Shown in pieces: positions 9,929 through 20,175 of a stretch of 60,166 nt of DNA. The DNA is from Pseudomonadota bacterium. Its GTDB lineage: Bacteria > Bdellovibrionota_B > Oligoflexia > Oligoflexales > CAIYRB01. Positions within the stretch are counted from its first letter, which is position 1; every line of letters starts with the position of its first letter. The notes beneath the pieces were generated by a model. The model was given only the letters and a program-made list of their open reading frames with translations, made no database searches and was not told the DNA's origin. Made by a program: the position numbers and the translations under genes. The stretch lies in NCBI GenBank assembly GCA_031416315.1, contig JANOTL010000095.1:1-60166 (forward strand). Direction: 5' to 3'.

Positions 9929-9944
9929 AGCAAGACCGGTGCCA
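9929..9944 (-). promoter_or_regulatory. Putative sigma54 promoter of the USP-hpf operon
   Basis: Minus strand TGGCACCGGTCTTGCT, close to consensus TGGCACG-N4-TTGCW. Confidence 0.7.
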
Positions 9945-9964
9945 GGTTGCGCTACAATGGTCTC

Positions 9965-12019
9965 ATGTCCATCGCCCAGCATCTCATGCGTCTGAAGCCG
10001 TTCGCGGCGGCCGCCGTCGTCGCGCTCGCGCTCGTCGCTTTGCATTACACGTCGCTCGGCGACGCGCTCGACGTCCATGTCTCACAACGTTTTCTGTTCA
10101 ACGTGCGCGGGCGACTAGGGCTCGGACCGGGTCTAGACCCGCGCATCAAGATCTTCGCCTACGACGACGGCACGGTCGCCTCGTTGAAGGCGCTCGACCT
10201 CGAGCTTGGCGACTGGGCGAAGGTCTTCGCGACCCTCGACCGCCAGAAGCCGAACGGGATCTTTCTCGATAAGCTGTTCGACAAACCGTTCGAGGGCTCC
10301 GAGGCGGAGGCCTTCTCAAAGGAGGTGGAAGAGCTCGGGACCCCGATTACCGTAGCAGCCTTCGTGACCCCGCATGCCATTCAGGGGCGCGCGCCCCTGT
10401 CGCTCGAGCGCCCCCGGTACCGCACCGATGAGATCGGCCGCGGGACACCGGACGCACTCGACTTTCTGCCGATTCAAGGCGGCGTCTTCTACGGCGCGGC
10501 GAGCGGAGTCTCGGCCGCTTTCGAGGGCATCGGCCACGCCGTCTATTGGGGCGACGGTCGCGTCGTCGCGCTCTATCGATTGAACGAAGCGCAGGCAGTT
10601 CCGCATTGGGCTTTCTTCGGCGCCAACGAGCTCCATGCCGAAAGCGACGAGCTTTACGCCGACGGCAGGCGCGTCCCTCTCGACGCCGCCGGCCGCGTCC
10701 TCGTCAACATCGACCGCCCTGAGGTCTATGCGAAGCGTGCCTTTGCGATGCTCCCGGTGGTCACGCGCGCGCGCAAGGGCGACGTCGTCCCCATCGTGAA
10801 CGCAGGAGACTACGTCGTCATCCTGCCTGCCATGTACACGGGCAACACGGACTTCAAAGAGACGCCGCACGGCTCGGTGCCTGGCGGCTACATCATGGCC
10901 GCGATGCTGAGCAGCGTGCTCACCGGGAAATGGATCGACATCGCGCCGCATGTTCCGGTGTGGATCCTTCTGCTATCGCTCCTGGGCGGCGTGATCGCCG
11001 CAAGGTTGTCGCCGACCAGGTTCTGGCTCGCCTTGGCTGGGGGCGCAGTCCTCATCGTCGGTGCCGGCGTGGTCGGTTTCGCTCTCCTCTCCTTCTACAT
11101 TCCGTGGCTCCCTTGCACGCTGGGTTTTGGCAGTGCCGCGCTCCTGGTGTTCGCGGACCGCCAACGCGGGTTTCAGCTGGAGCGCGTCCGGATGGAGAAA
11201 GAGCTGGAGACGGCGCGCCTCGTGCAGGACTCGTTCTTTCCCGCCGGCGCGCAAGGGGACGAAGCCCTCGCCGTCGAGGGCTTCTTCCACCCTGCTTCCG
11301 AGTGCGGAGGCGACTGGTGGGGCCACTTCTCCCCGGCGCCCGGCATCGAGTACGTGATGATCGGCGACGCCACCGGCCACGGCGTCTCGGCGGCTTTGGT
11401 GACGGCGATGGCCTTCTCCACCTGCCAGGCCTGGGCGCACGCCCTGCGGGAAGCCGGCGGCACGGAGCACGCGCCAGGGAAGCTCTTGCGGCGCCTCAAT
11501 CAGGTACTCTGCGACACGCGCACGGGTAACGCCACGATGACCTTCTTCGTCGCCGTAATCGACCGCAGCCGGCACGTGATCACCTTCTCGAACGCCGGGC
11601 ACAACTTTCCCTATTTGATCAAGGCGCCGGACGAGTTCGACCAGGAGATGCAAACCTCGATCGACGCCACGGACACCGTAGCCAACCGCCGGCCGCTCAA
11701 GCCGGGCGAGTCGCGCGTGCGCAAGCTCTCCTCGTCGCCCGGGCCGATCCTCGGACTCGAGAAAGGGGGCGAATATCCCGAGGCCTGTATCGCCTTCAAG
11801 CCCGGCGACAAGGTCTTTTTCTTCACGGACGGCCTGATCGAGAACGCGAATGGCCGCGGCGAAGTCTGGGGCTACAGCCTGCAAAAGCGGCTGAAGCGCA
11901 GCGGGAAGCTCGACGCCAAGGCCCTGCGGGATACGATCGAGAAGGAGACGCGCGCGTTCGTGGGCGACACGCCGCCGCGCGACGATACGACGGTCGTCGT
12001 GATCGAAGCGCGGCTGTAG
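9965..12019 (+). CDS. CHASE2 sensor + SpoIIE (PP2C) Ser/Thr phosphatase
   Basis: N-terminal CHASE2-like region (TPHGSVPG), 3 TM segments, ELETARLVQ, CGGDWW, GDATGHG, FFTDGLIE, RDDTT. Confidence 0.85.
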   Translation: MSIAQHLMRLKPFAAAAVVALALVALHYTSLGDALDVHVSQRFLFNVRGRLGLGPGLDPRIKIFAYDDGTVASLKALDLELGDWAKVFATLDRQKPNGIFLDKLFDKPFEGSEAEAFSKEVEELGTPITVAAFVTPHAIQGRAPLSLERPRYRTDEIGRGTPDALDFLPIQGGVFYGAASGVSAAFEGIGHAVYWGDGRVVALYRLNEAQAVPHWAFFGANELHAESDELYADGRRVPLDAAGRVLVNIDRPEVYAKRAFAMLPVVTRARKGDVVPIVNAGDYVVILPAMYTGNTDFKETPHGSVPGGYIMAAMLSSVLTGKWIDIAPHVPVWILLLSLLGGVIAARLSPTRFWLALAGGAVLIVGAGVVGFALLSFYIPWLPCTLGFGSAALLVFADRQRGFQLERVRMEKELETARLVQDSFFPAGAQGDEALAVEGFFHPASECGGDWWGHFSPAPGIEYVMIGDATGHGVSAALVTAMAFSTCQAWAHALREAGGTEHAPGKLLRRLNQVLCDTRTGNATMTFFVAVIDRSRHVITFSNAGHNFPYLIKAPDEFDQEMQTSIDATDTVANRRPLKPGESRVRKLSSSPGPILGLEKGGEYPEACIAFKPGDKVFFFTDGLIENANGRGEVWGYSLQKRLKRSGKLDAKALRDTIEKETRAFVGDTPPRDDTTVVVIEARL

Positions 12020-12023
12020 CTGT

Positions 12024-13529
12024 TCACTGGGCCGCGCGGCAGCGCTCGGCGAACTGCGGCTCGCCGTAAAACTGCATCGCGTCGTCGCGAATCCAGAGCG
12101 ATCCACAGTCGCAGGAGGAGTGGCCCTCACCGTCGGGACCGCGGAACGTGCCACCCGCGGCGGTACACCAGGCGCCGAGACCGGTCGGCGTCGCGCCGCC
12201 TGCGCCGGTGCCGCCTCCGGGCGCCGGGCCTTCGGCTGCGAGCACCAAGTGCAGTGCCCCGTCCTCCGCTTCGACCGCAGCGAGCTTCAACGCGAGGGCT
12301 CCGATGGTGACCTTGCGACCGGTCAGCTCCAACGTTACCGGCGGGATCACGAGGCGCACGAGCTCTTTGGCCGTCTCGATCTCGGCTGCGGACAGAGTCG
12401 CGGCCGACGTCGAGCGCACTTTCAGATCCTGATCGAGATCGAGCAGGTCGACACCATCCTCGCGGAAGAGCGCGGCCGGCACCGTTACCTCGACCTGGCT
12501 CACGCGCTGCGTCCCCCTACTTAGGGCGTCGAACGCAAAGACGAACTCGGCGGCGTCCGGCGTGAACTCGACGCGCACGGCGTCGCTCGCGGCGAACTGC
12601 CACTTGGTCGCACGAAGTGCTTCCACGTCGACGGCGTCACCCAGCTCTGCCGGATCGATGTCTCCTGCTAGCGCAAAAAAGACTTCTGCACCGGTGTACG
12701 TGCGACCAGCGAGTTTTGCCGCGAGAGCGCGCGACACCAGACCGCCGCCGACGCGAGCCTCGAGTGGCGCGTCGCGAGAGACCAGCGCAAGGGGCGCCGC
12801 ACTGCGCGTGCGGATCGAGAACCCTTCCGCGGTGGTCGCGAACTGCATCTTGCCTTGCATGCCGCCGCCGACGATCACCGGCTGATAGAACGAGTCGCGA
12901 TAAAACGTTTGCAGCGGCGCGAGCAGCTCGCGCGTCTTCTGGTCGACGGTGGCGTTCAGCTGGCCCGCCACTTGCGCCGAGGCTTGCGCTTCCTGCTGCG
13001 CTTTTTGCGCCATGAGCTCGGCCATGGCCTGCTCGTAGGCGATGCGCTCCTTAAGGCGCCAGAAGAGACCCCAGCTCGAGGTCTCGAGGTTGTAGAACGT
13101 GATCACGCTTTGCGCGGCGCTCGCGGCCGGCATGACGGCAAAGCCCGGCTCGGAGAGCAGTACGGCGGTCCAGGTCGTCGCCCAAGTGTCGATCGAGGCG
13201 TTGAACTCGACGAGGATCGAGGGACGCGGCCAGGTGGAGCTGTAGGTCGCCGCATTGGTGTAAGAGCTCATCGTCAGCGCGAGGCTGACGGCATCTTGCC
13301 GCGGGCTCGGACTCAAGGCGACGTTGGCGCTAGTGACGGCGACGCCGTTGGTGTAGACGCCGGCGACGTAGCGCTCGATGGGCGTCGTAATCCGCTGCGG
13401 GGCGATCTCGATCGCTTGCTCGAGGATCGACGCATGGATGCCGATGGCGAGGTCGTCCTTGGCAGCGGCGAGAGCGGACGCCGAAGCGAGGCTCGTGCAG
13501 GCTACGAGGGTGAGAAGTGCGGCTTTCAT
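12024..13529 (-). CDS. Secreted hypothetical protein with C-terminal Cys-rich motif
   Basis: Signal peptide MKAALLTLVAC...; C-terminal WC..AGG...SCDCG...C; start overlaps the stop of the upstream gene. Confidence 0.6.
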   Translation of the reverse strand: MKAALLTLVACTSLASASALAAAKDDLAIGIHASILEQAIEIAPQRITTPIERYVAGVYTNGVAVTSANVALSPSPRQDAVSLALTMSSYTNAATYSSTWPRPSILVEFNASIDTWATTWTAVLLSEPGFAVMPAASAAQSVITFYNLETSSWGLFWRLKERIAYEQAMAELMAQKAQQEAQASAQVAGQLNATVDQKTRELLAPLQTFYRDSFYQPVIVGGGMQGKMQFATTAEGFSIRTRSAAPLALVSRDAPLEARVGGGLVSRALAAKLAGRTYTGAEVFFALAGDIDPAELGDAVDVEALRATKWQFAASDAVRVEFTPDAAEFVFAFDALSRGTQRVSQVEVTVPAALFREDGVDLLDLDQDLKVRSTSAATLSAAEIETAKELVRLVIPPVTLELTGRKVTIGALALKLAAVEAEDGALHLVLAAEGPAPGGGTGAGGATPTGLGAWCTAAGGTFRGPDGEGHSSCDCGSLWIRDDAMQFYGEPQFAERCRAAQ

Positions 13530-14113
13530 CACGGCGTCTCTTCGCACGCAGGGACGTCGGACGCGCCGGCGAGCCAGACCGTGACGGTGCCGCCTTCGGG
13601 CGTGAGCTCGATCTTGAACGCCTTCAAGTTCTTGCGTACGAAAAGCCTCGAGAAATAGACACCCTCGACGTCGCAGACGATCGCGCTCGCGCCCGGGCTC
13701 AAGATGCGCCAGCTCGAAGAGAGGCTCGTGCGCACGCCCATCGAAACGCCGCGCAGGTCCGGCGATTCGGCGACGACGGCCGCTTTCGCCGCCGCGCCAC
13801 GGCCCGTTCCGGTGCAGATCGCGCCGTCGCAGCCGACGGTGAACGCGTCGGGATACGCGGCGGCGAACACGCCGGCGTCGGCGGGGACCACGGCAACGAC
13901 GCGCGCCAAGTCGGTCAGCTGAAGGTTGCCGGTTCCGGCCCTTGCCGCATCGAGCGAGGCGAGCAAGGCGAAGACGTCGGCGCGGCGGTTGTCGACGACG
14001 TCGATCGTGACGACGTCGCCGTCGGCGCGCAGGCTGGAGGATTGGGGCGAGGTGCTGCAGGCGGTGTTTGCAGCAACGAGAAGCATGGCCCCGATTACGG
14101 CTTTTTGGCGCAT
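13529..14113 (-). CDS. Hypothetical lipoprotein
   Basis: Lipobox NTAC; AGGAG RBS. Confidence 0.55.
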   Translation of the reverse strand: MRQKAVIGAMLLVAANTACSTSPQSSSLRADGDVVTIDVVDNRRADVFALLASLDAARAGTGNLQLTDLARVVAVVPADAGVFAAAYPDAFTVGCDGAICTGTGRGAAAKAAVVAESPDLRGVSMGVRTSLSSSWRILSPGASAIVCDVEGVYFSRLFVRKNLKAFKIELTPEGGTVTVWLAGASDVPACEETP

Positions 14114-14207
14114 TTTGATCTCCTCTTGTGTTTGCAGGAGGCAAACCTAGAGGACTTCGCCGTGCGGCGCGAGGAGAAATGCGCCGGACGCACCGACGGT
14201 CATGAGC

Positions 14208-14555
14208 TCAGACCGCGTCGCGCATCTCGATGAGAGACGAGAACAGGCTGGTGAGATCGGCGATGCCGCCTTCGGCGAGCTTCAGGCCGCATTTGAATTT
14301 GCGTGGGCCCATGCCTTCTTGGCGGCACCAGGCGACGTTGAACAAGTAGTTGCCCGCGAGCGTCTCGAAACGGAGCACGGTGCCTTCGCTCAGCTCGCGC
14401 GCGGTGCCGATGCCTAAGCCTTCCGTCGACACGTCCTCCACGCGAGCGTCGATGCCGTGGCCGCTCTCGTGCAATACGATGCGCACCGGCAGGAGTCGCG
14501 CCGTCTCATGACGCGACCGATGCCGCCGTTCCGTCTTGCGAGCCTTACCAGCCAT
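14208..14555 (-). CDS. PilZ-domain protein
   Basis: ERRHRSR (RxxxR) and DVSTEG (D/NxSxxG) c-di-GMP-binding motifs. Confidence 0.8.
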   Translation of the reverse strand: MAGKARKTERRHRSRHETARLLPVRIVLHESGHGIDARVEDVSTEGLGIGTARELSEGTVLRFETLAGNYLFNVAWCRQEGMGPRKFKCGLKLAEGGIADLTSLFSSLIEMRDAV

Positions 14556-14754
14556 CCGTGCCTCCGGCGACCGCCCTCAAAGGAATTAGAGAGATCTGCA
14601 ACCTAAGGTCGGCGCTTAGTCGCCGAACTTTACGGGTTTGCGTAGAGGCGGAGACAGGCTGAGTGGTTATGGTAAGTTACCGCGGCAGTCCCGGCTTGTG
14701 GAACCGGCCCTCCGTCTGCTACCCCATCATGAAACCCGCAGACGGAGACCCGCG

Positions 14755-15363
14755 ATGAATCCCACGGAAACCACGAAGCTGGTGGCTAAAAGCGCGCTCG
14801 TTCTGGCGCTCGGAGGCCTCGGCGCGCAAGCGCAGGCGGAGCCCCTGCTCATGCAGGAGTTCGAGCGCAACGGGCTCGTCCTGTCGGGCGCCGAATACTG
14901 GCCGTTCCACGGCTCGACCGAGCTCAACTATCCGGACGACGTGCTTTGGGGCTTCTACCCGGTGCGCGGCGAGCCGGTGGACGAGCCGAACGTCGACTCC
15001 GCGACGCCCGAGGCGATCGCCTGCGCCGAGCTCGCCTACCGCAAGCTCGAGCGGTTCATCGATTCCGAGGGCTCGGTGAAAGCCAAGTTCCGCCGCGTGC
15101 TGGAGCTCGGCGCCGACCAACTCGTCTCGAACAAGTTCTACCTTTGGACGAACGACTATACGCGTGCCGTCGATCCGTATCCGCACGGCGTGCGCCCCGC
15201 GCGCCTCTGGTATTGGACGCGCAACCCGCAGATTCCAGGCCGCTCGCCGGGCTACTGGAAATGGGAGTCGACGATCACGCAGGACGGCGTCTGTCACCTG
15301 CCGGACGAGGCGCAGATCGAGCAGTACGTCGATCAGAAGTTGAGCGAGCTCGGGGGCTCCTAA
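14755..15363 (+). CDS. Secreted hypothetical protein
   Basis: Signal peptide ending AQAQA; GGAG RBS; Trp/Tyr-rich globular sequence. Confidence 0.6.
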   Translation: MNPTETTKLVAKSALVLALGGLGAQAQAEPLLMQEFERNGLVLSGAEYWPFHGSTELNYPDDVLWGFYPVRGEPVDEPNVDSATPEAIACAELAYRKLERFIDSEGSVKAKFRRVLELGADQLVSNKFYLWTNDYTRAVDPYPHGVRPARLWYWTRNPQIPGRSPGYWKWESTITQDGVCHLPDEAQIEQYVDQKLSELGGS

Positions 15364-16007
15364 CGTTTCGCCGCCGCGCGGCCGTCGACGTACCGAGCCT
15401 GACAATGCCCGCTGATGCAATCGGCGATCGCCGGCGGGTAAGGCGCTTCTGGGCACTGATTCGTCGGCCGCGGCAGCCGGCGCATCTGCCGCATCTCCTT
15501 GCGCGCGACGGCGATCGGCTCGTTGCACTCGCCGCGGATGAGCGAGCATTGTCCGTCGTTCTCGCAGACGTTCGTGACGTTGGCGACGCGCATGTGCGTG
15601 GGCGGGATGTCGGGCCTTTGCGGCGCGCCCTTGGGCTCGGTCTCAAGACCGGCCTTCGCCTTCCTCGCCTCGGCGATCTTCACCGTCTCGAGCACGAAGG
15701 CGGGCGGCGGCGTCTCGCGGATCTGCTTCAGCGCGTTCTGATCCACCGGCGCGAAGGCGCCGTTCTTCGTCTGCACGGTGCCCGGCACGACGGCGGGAGC
15801 CGAAGTCTTCGCCAAGGGGGTCTTAGCGGCCAGCGGCGTATCGGGCGTCGGACCCTTGCCGAAGGTCATGGCAAAGACGAGGCCGGCAACGCAGACGGCG
15901 AGGCCAAAGACGTAGCGGACGCTGCCGCTGCGCGGCGCGTCGTGCGCCGGCGCGGGCGTGGCCTCGACCGTTTTCGGGGCGTCGGGCTTCTTCGGGGTGT
16001 ACTTCAT
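15360..16007 (-). CDS. Membrane-anchored protein with C-terminal Cys-rich domain
   Basis: One TM segment, Pro/Ala linker, C..D..C.....C.....C...C...C motif. Confidence 0.55.
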   Translation of the reverse strand: MKYTPKKPDAPKTVEATPAPAHDAPRSGSVRYVFGLAVCVAGLVFAMTFGKGPTPDTPLAAKTPLAKTSAPAVVPGTVQTKNGAFAPVDQNALKQIRETPPPAFVLETVKIAEARKAKAGLETEPKGAPQRPDIPPTHMRVANVTNVCENDGQCSLIRGECNEPIAVARKEMRQMRRLPRPTNQCPEAPYPPAIADCISGHCQARYVDGRAAAKR

Positions 16008-16205
16008 CGCCACGGGTCGGGCTCCTTTCACCGGGAAACTTCCGATCTTTCGGCGCCCCCGCCGGTCGATCTGAGCCCGAGGGCTTGGCAGATGCATAAG
16101 GCTCGGCGCGAAACGGCGCGAAACCAAAGGGTTCACGACCATGCGCGGAGCTCGCGCCGCCGCTCCTTGGCTACCTCTTGCCGCTGGCCTTGCAGCCCGA
16201 GCGCC

Positions 16206-16865
16206 TCAGAAACTCCAGCCGAGATAGAGGCGCAGGAGGTGGGCATTGCTGCCGCCGAGCAGCTCCGCGACGTTCTCTTCTTGACGCTTGCGGTCGGTCT
16301 CGTCGAGACCCTCGGCCTTGCCGGGCGCGAATGAGCTGGTGACCTGGAAAAAGTAGCCGACCCAGTCGCAGCCGAGGGTGAAGCCGTCCCACTGCCACTG
16401 GTTGCCGACGTGCACTTCGGCGCCGATGTTGGTCACGGTACCGTCGAGGCTGGCTTCGTCGAAAATCGAGCCGCCCTCTTTGACGACGCCGTACGTCACG
16501 TCCCAAAGCTCCATGCCGAGGCCGCCATCGACGTAGAACGAGGTGCCGAAGAAATGCTTGAAACGCGTCTCGATCAGGGTCTTCGAGGCCTTGAAGCCAC
16601 CGAGCTCGACATTGCCCGTGCCGATCACGAGGACCGCGGTGTTGTCGTCGGTGGCGAAATACTCGCCGCGGATCCCGGCGGTCGGCATCATGGTAAAGCC
16701 GAAATCGAGCGCCACCGTCACAGACTTGTCCTTACGCTCGTCGGCGCTGGTGCGACCGCGCGATGCCGCGGCCTCGGCCGGCGCGGCTTTCTTCGCCTTC
16801 TTCTTCGGGGCCGCCAAGGCCGGCGGTGCGAAAGCCAGGGCCAGGAGCGCGAGCAGTAGGCGCAC
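16206..16865 (-). CDS. Outer-membrane beta-barrel protein
   Basis: Signal peptide, alternating beta strands, GNQWQW..FTLGCDW, terminal YLGWSF; GTG start inferred. Confidence 0.7.
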   Translation of the reverse strand: MRLLLALLALAFAPPALAAPKKKAKKAAPAEAAASRGRTSADERKDKSVTVALDFGFTMMPTAGIRGEYFATDDNTAVLVIGTGNVELGGFKASKTLIETRFKHFFGTSFYVDGGLGMELWDVTYGVVKEGGSIFDEASLDGTVTNIGAEVHVGNQWQWDGFTLGCDWVGYFFQVTSSFAPGKAEGLDETDRKRQEENVAELLGGSNAHLLRLYLGWSF

Positions 16866-16934
16866 GTGAACTCCGAAAAAAGGTATTCGAGCCTGTTTGT
16901 TATAGAATACGTGAGCTGACGGCGGGAGGAAAGC

Positions 16935-17870
16935 TTGCGCACTCGAAGACGGCGATTTCGGCTCCTGGCCTGCTGGTGCGCCGCCTTCTTCGCGGCGCCT
17001 GCTTGCAACGGCGTTTTCTATCAGCCGCAGCCCCTGGAATTTCTGAACCCGGCCAAGCTCGAGCTGACTTACGAGTCCTTCTTCGAGACCCCGGCGCCCG
17101 GCGTGCGCCTCCACTTCTGGAAGATCGACGCGGCCGCGCCGAAACTCGGCACGGTGCTGCATTTCCACGGCAACGCGCAGAACATGACGGCGCACTTCCT
17201 CTACGTCGCCTGGCTCGCAGCTTACGGCTTCGACGTCGTCACGTTCGATTACCGGGGCTACGGCGCCTCGACCGGCGAGCCCGAGCGCAATGGCCTGATC
17301 GAGGACGCCCGCTTGGCGCTTAAAGTCGCGCAACGTGGAGGGGGAGACCTTTTCGTGGTGGCGCAATCCCTAGGCGGCGCGGTGGCCGTGCCCGCGCTCG
17401 CGACCGAGCCGCCGAAGGCGCTTCGCGCCTTGGCGCTGGACAGCACCTTTGCCTCCTACCGCAGCATCGCGCGGGAAAAGCTGGGCTCGAGCTGGGTCAC
17501 CTGGCTCCTGCAGTGGCCGGCCTCGTTTCTTGTCACCGACGACTGGAGCCCGATCGACTCGGCGGCGAAGATCACCGTGCCGCTGGTCCTCATGCACGAT
17601 CCCGGCGACCCGGTCGTGCCCTTCGGGCAGGGGCAGAGGCTTTTCGCCGCGCTCGGCTCTTCGGCGAAGGAGCTCTGGGAGGTCCCTGGCGGCGGGCATA
17701 CGGGGGCGCTCGCGGACGACGCGCGCCAGGCCGGAGATTTCCGAGACCGGCTGGCGGCGTTTTTCTGCGGCGAGCTTTCCGACTCGAGTAAAAGGGCGGC
17801 CTGCGATGCGCGGCGCGTTGCGGTGACGCGGGCCTACACTAATAGAGCCGCGCCCGCTCCTCGGCGATAG
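16935..17870 (+). CDS. Alpha/beta hydrolase, probable lipoprotein
   Basis: HFHGNA, FDYRGYG, AQSLGG nucleophile elbow, D..VP, GGH. Confidence 0.9.
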   Translation: MRTRRRRFRLLACWCAAFFAAPACNGVFYQPQPLEFLNPAKLELTYESFFETPAPGVRLHFWKIDAAAPKLGTVLHFHGNAQNMTAHFLYVAWLAAYGFDVVTFDYRGYGASTGEPERNGLIEDARLALKVAQRGGGDLFVVAQSLGGAVAVPALATEPPKALRALALDSTFASYRSIAREKLGSSWVTWLLQWPASFLVTDDWSPIDSAAKITVPLVLMHDPGDPVVPFGQGQRLFAALGSSAKELWEVPGGGHTGALADDARQAGDFRDRLAAFFCGELSDSSKRAACDARRVAVTRAYTNRAAPAPRR

Positions 17871-19458
17871 CCGGACTTTCCAGGTACTCGTCGTAGGTCA
17901 TCGATTTGTCCATCAGCCCCTTCGGCGTGAGCTCGATGATGCGCGTCGCGATGGTGTTGATGAACTCTCGGTCCTGCGACGTGAAGAGGAGCGTGCCCTT
18001 GTACTGGATCAGGCCCTCGTTCAAGGCGGTGATCGACTCTAGGTCCAAGTGGTTCGTCGGCTCGTCCATGATCATGACGTTGGCCTTCGACATCATCATG
18101 CGCGCCAGCATGCAGCGAACTTTCTCGCCGCCGGAAAGGACGCGGGCCCTTTTCGCGGCCTCCTCGCCGCTGAAGAGCATCTTGCCCAAGAAGCCGCGCA
18201 CGTACTCCTCGTCGCGCTCGGCGTCGGTGCGGGCGTAGTTGCGGAGCCAGTCGATCAGGTTCTTGTCGGTGTCGAAGAAGGCCGAGTTCTCTTTCGGGAA
18301 CGAGGCGCGCGAGGTCGTAACGCCCCAGCGGAACGTGCCGGACTTGGGCTCCACTTCCCCCTGAAGGATCTTGAAGAGGAGCGTCGCCGAGAGCCCGTCC
18401 TTGCCGACGAAGGCGACTTTCTCGCCCTTCGTGATCGTCAGGTCCAAGTTCTTGAAGTGGATCTTGCCGTCTTCCTCGCCCGAGAGCTGCTTCGTTTCGA
18501 GCAGGTCCTTCCCCGCCTCGCGCTCCTCCGTGAAAAAGATGTGCGGGTATTTGCGCGACGACGGCTTGATCTGCTCGAAGTCGAGCTTCGCCAGCATCTT
18601 TTTGCGGCCCGTCGCCTGCTTCGACTTCGAGGCGTTGGCGGAGAAGCGCATGATGAAGTCCTTGAGCTCCTTCGCCTTGTCCTCCGCTTTCTTGTTCTTG
18701 TCCTGCCGCTGCTTCAGCGCGAGCTGGCTCGACTGGTACCAGAAGCTATAATTGCCGGTATAGAGCGTGATCTTGCTGAAGTCGATGTCGGCGACGTGCG
18801 TGCAGACCTTATCCAGGAAGTGGCGGTCGTGGCTGACGACAACCACGGTGTTCTTGAACTCGCAAAGGAACTCTTCGAGCCACATGATCGACTGGAGGTC
18901 GAGGTTGTTGGTCGGCTCGTCGAGGAGGAGGATGTCGGGATTGCCGAAGAGCGCCTGGGCAACGAGGACCTTGACCTTCTGGCCGGCCTCGAGCTCCTTC
19001 ATCTTCATCTTGTGGACGTTCTCGCCGACGCCGAGCGCGGAGAGCATGACCGCGGCCTGAGCCTCGGCGTCCCAGCCGTTCAGCTCACCGAAGCGGCTCT
19101 CGAGCTCGGAGGCGCGGATCCCGTCCTCGTCGGAGAAGTCGGGCTTAGCGTAGAGGGCGTCCTTCTCGACCATGATGTCGTAGAGCAGGCGGTTGCCCAT
19201 GATCACGGTGTTGAGGACCTCGACCTCGTCGAACTCGAACTGGTTCTGACGCAGAAAGGCCAGGCGCTGGCCCGGCTGGATGAAGACTTCCCCGTGGTCC
19301 GCCGCGAGCTCGCCGGAGAGGATCTTCAAAAAGGTCGACTTGCCCGTGCCGTTCGCCCCGATGAGACCGTAGCAGTTTCCCGGGAGGAACTTGATGTCGA
19401 CGTCTTGGAAGAGCTTGCGCTGGCCGAAGGCCAGACTAACGCCAGTAGTTGCAATCAT
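17839..19458 (-). CDS. ABC-F family ATPase (YbiT/YkpA-like)
   Basis: Two ABC domains (GANGTGKS, LLDEPTNNLD, LSGGE, MDEPTNHLD), no TM segments. Confidence 0.92.
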   Translation of the reverse strand: MIATTGVSLAFGQRKLFQDVDIKFLPGNCYGLIGANGTGKSTFLKILSGELAADHGEVFIQPGQRLAFLRQNQFEFDEVEVLNTVIMGNRLLYDIMVEKDALYAKPDFSDEDGIRASELESRFGELNGWDAEAQAAVMLSALGVGENVHKMKMKELEAGQKVKVLVAQALFGNPDILLLDEPTNNLDLQSIMWLEEFLCEFKNTVVVVSHDRHFLDKVCTHVADIDFSKITLYTGNYSFWYQSSQLALKQRQDKNKKAEDKAKELKDFIMRFSANASKSKQATGRKKMLAKLDFEQIKPSSRKYPHIFFTEEREAGKDLLETKQLSGEEDGKIHFKNLDLTITKGEKVAFVGKDGLSATLLFKILQGEVEPKSGTFRWGVTTSRASFPKENSAFFDTDKNLIDWLRNYARTDAERDEEYVRGFLGKMLFSGEEAAKRARVLSGGEKVRCMLARMMMSKANVMIMDEPTNHLDLESITALNEGLIQYKGTLLFTSQDREFINTIATRIIELTPKGLMDKSMTYDEYLESPAIAEERARLY

Positions 19459-19474
19459 GTGGGGGTCTTACGGC

Positions 19475-19550
19475 TGGAGCCGACGATCGGATTTGAACCG
19501 ATGACCTGCTGATTACGAATCAGCTGCTCTACCAACTGAGCTACGTCGGC
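19475..19550 (-). tRNA. tRNA-Thr(CGT)
   Basis: GCCGACGTAGCTCAGTTGGTAGAGCAGCTGATTCGTAATCAGCAGGTCATCGGTTCAAATCCGATCGTCGGCTCCA; 76-nt cloverleaf, encoded CCA. Confidence 0.96.
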
Positions 19551-19617
19551 TTATTGGCAATTAGGCAAGAAAACCAAGGCCTTCATCTATGCCACAAGAC
19601 CTGCCGATGCGCAAGAC

Positions 19618-20175
19618 ATGGAGATGCGTCGTTTTACATTGCGGTTCGAAGACCGAGCTCTCGAGCGCGCCTTCCAGCGCTACGACCCGGAAGCGCGGCT
19701 GGCGTCGGCGCGGGCCTTGATCATCTTCGTGACGCTCGTCGGGACCGCCGAGTCGCTCTACCGCCTCATCTTCGAGGAGGGGGGCTCGATGACGCTCTTC
19801 CGCGGCGCCATCCTCCTCGTCTACGGCGTGCTCGCGGCCGCTTACTTTGCCTCGTTCCATATCGCCGTGGTGATGGCATCGGGGCGCGCGTACGCGCTCG
19901 CCATGCCGCTGCTCGCCGGCGGCGCCATCGTACACGTCGCGTTCGCCGGCGCGGCCTTGAGCAAGGTCGTGTTTTGCGTTTTCTTCGTTCTCTTGATCGG
20001 AAATGTCGGCATCCCCTACTCGCACATGTTTCAACACGCGCTCGGCCTGACTTTGCTCCTGGCATTCGTGCTGCTGCCAAAGGCGACGTTAAGCCCCACG
20101 GAGGTCGAGGCAACTTTCGTCTACCTCTTCTTCGCGATCGGAGTCGCCTCGATCGTCGTAAACTGGCCTACGTAA
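19618..20175 (+). pseudogene. Multi-pass membrane protein, probably truncated by the IS
   Basis: About 6 hydrophobic segments; the stop codon falls inside the IS left inverted repeat. Confidence 0.5.

Noticed and set aside
18049..19512. Long antisense or alternate-frame ORFs (also 44639-46633, 47238-48713, 14946-16334)
   Set aside because: Shadow ORFs typical of high-GC DNA, overlapping well-supported genes and lacking recognisable motifs.
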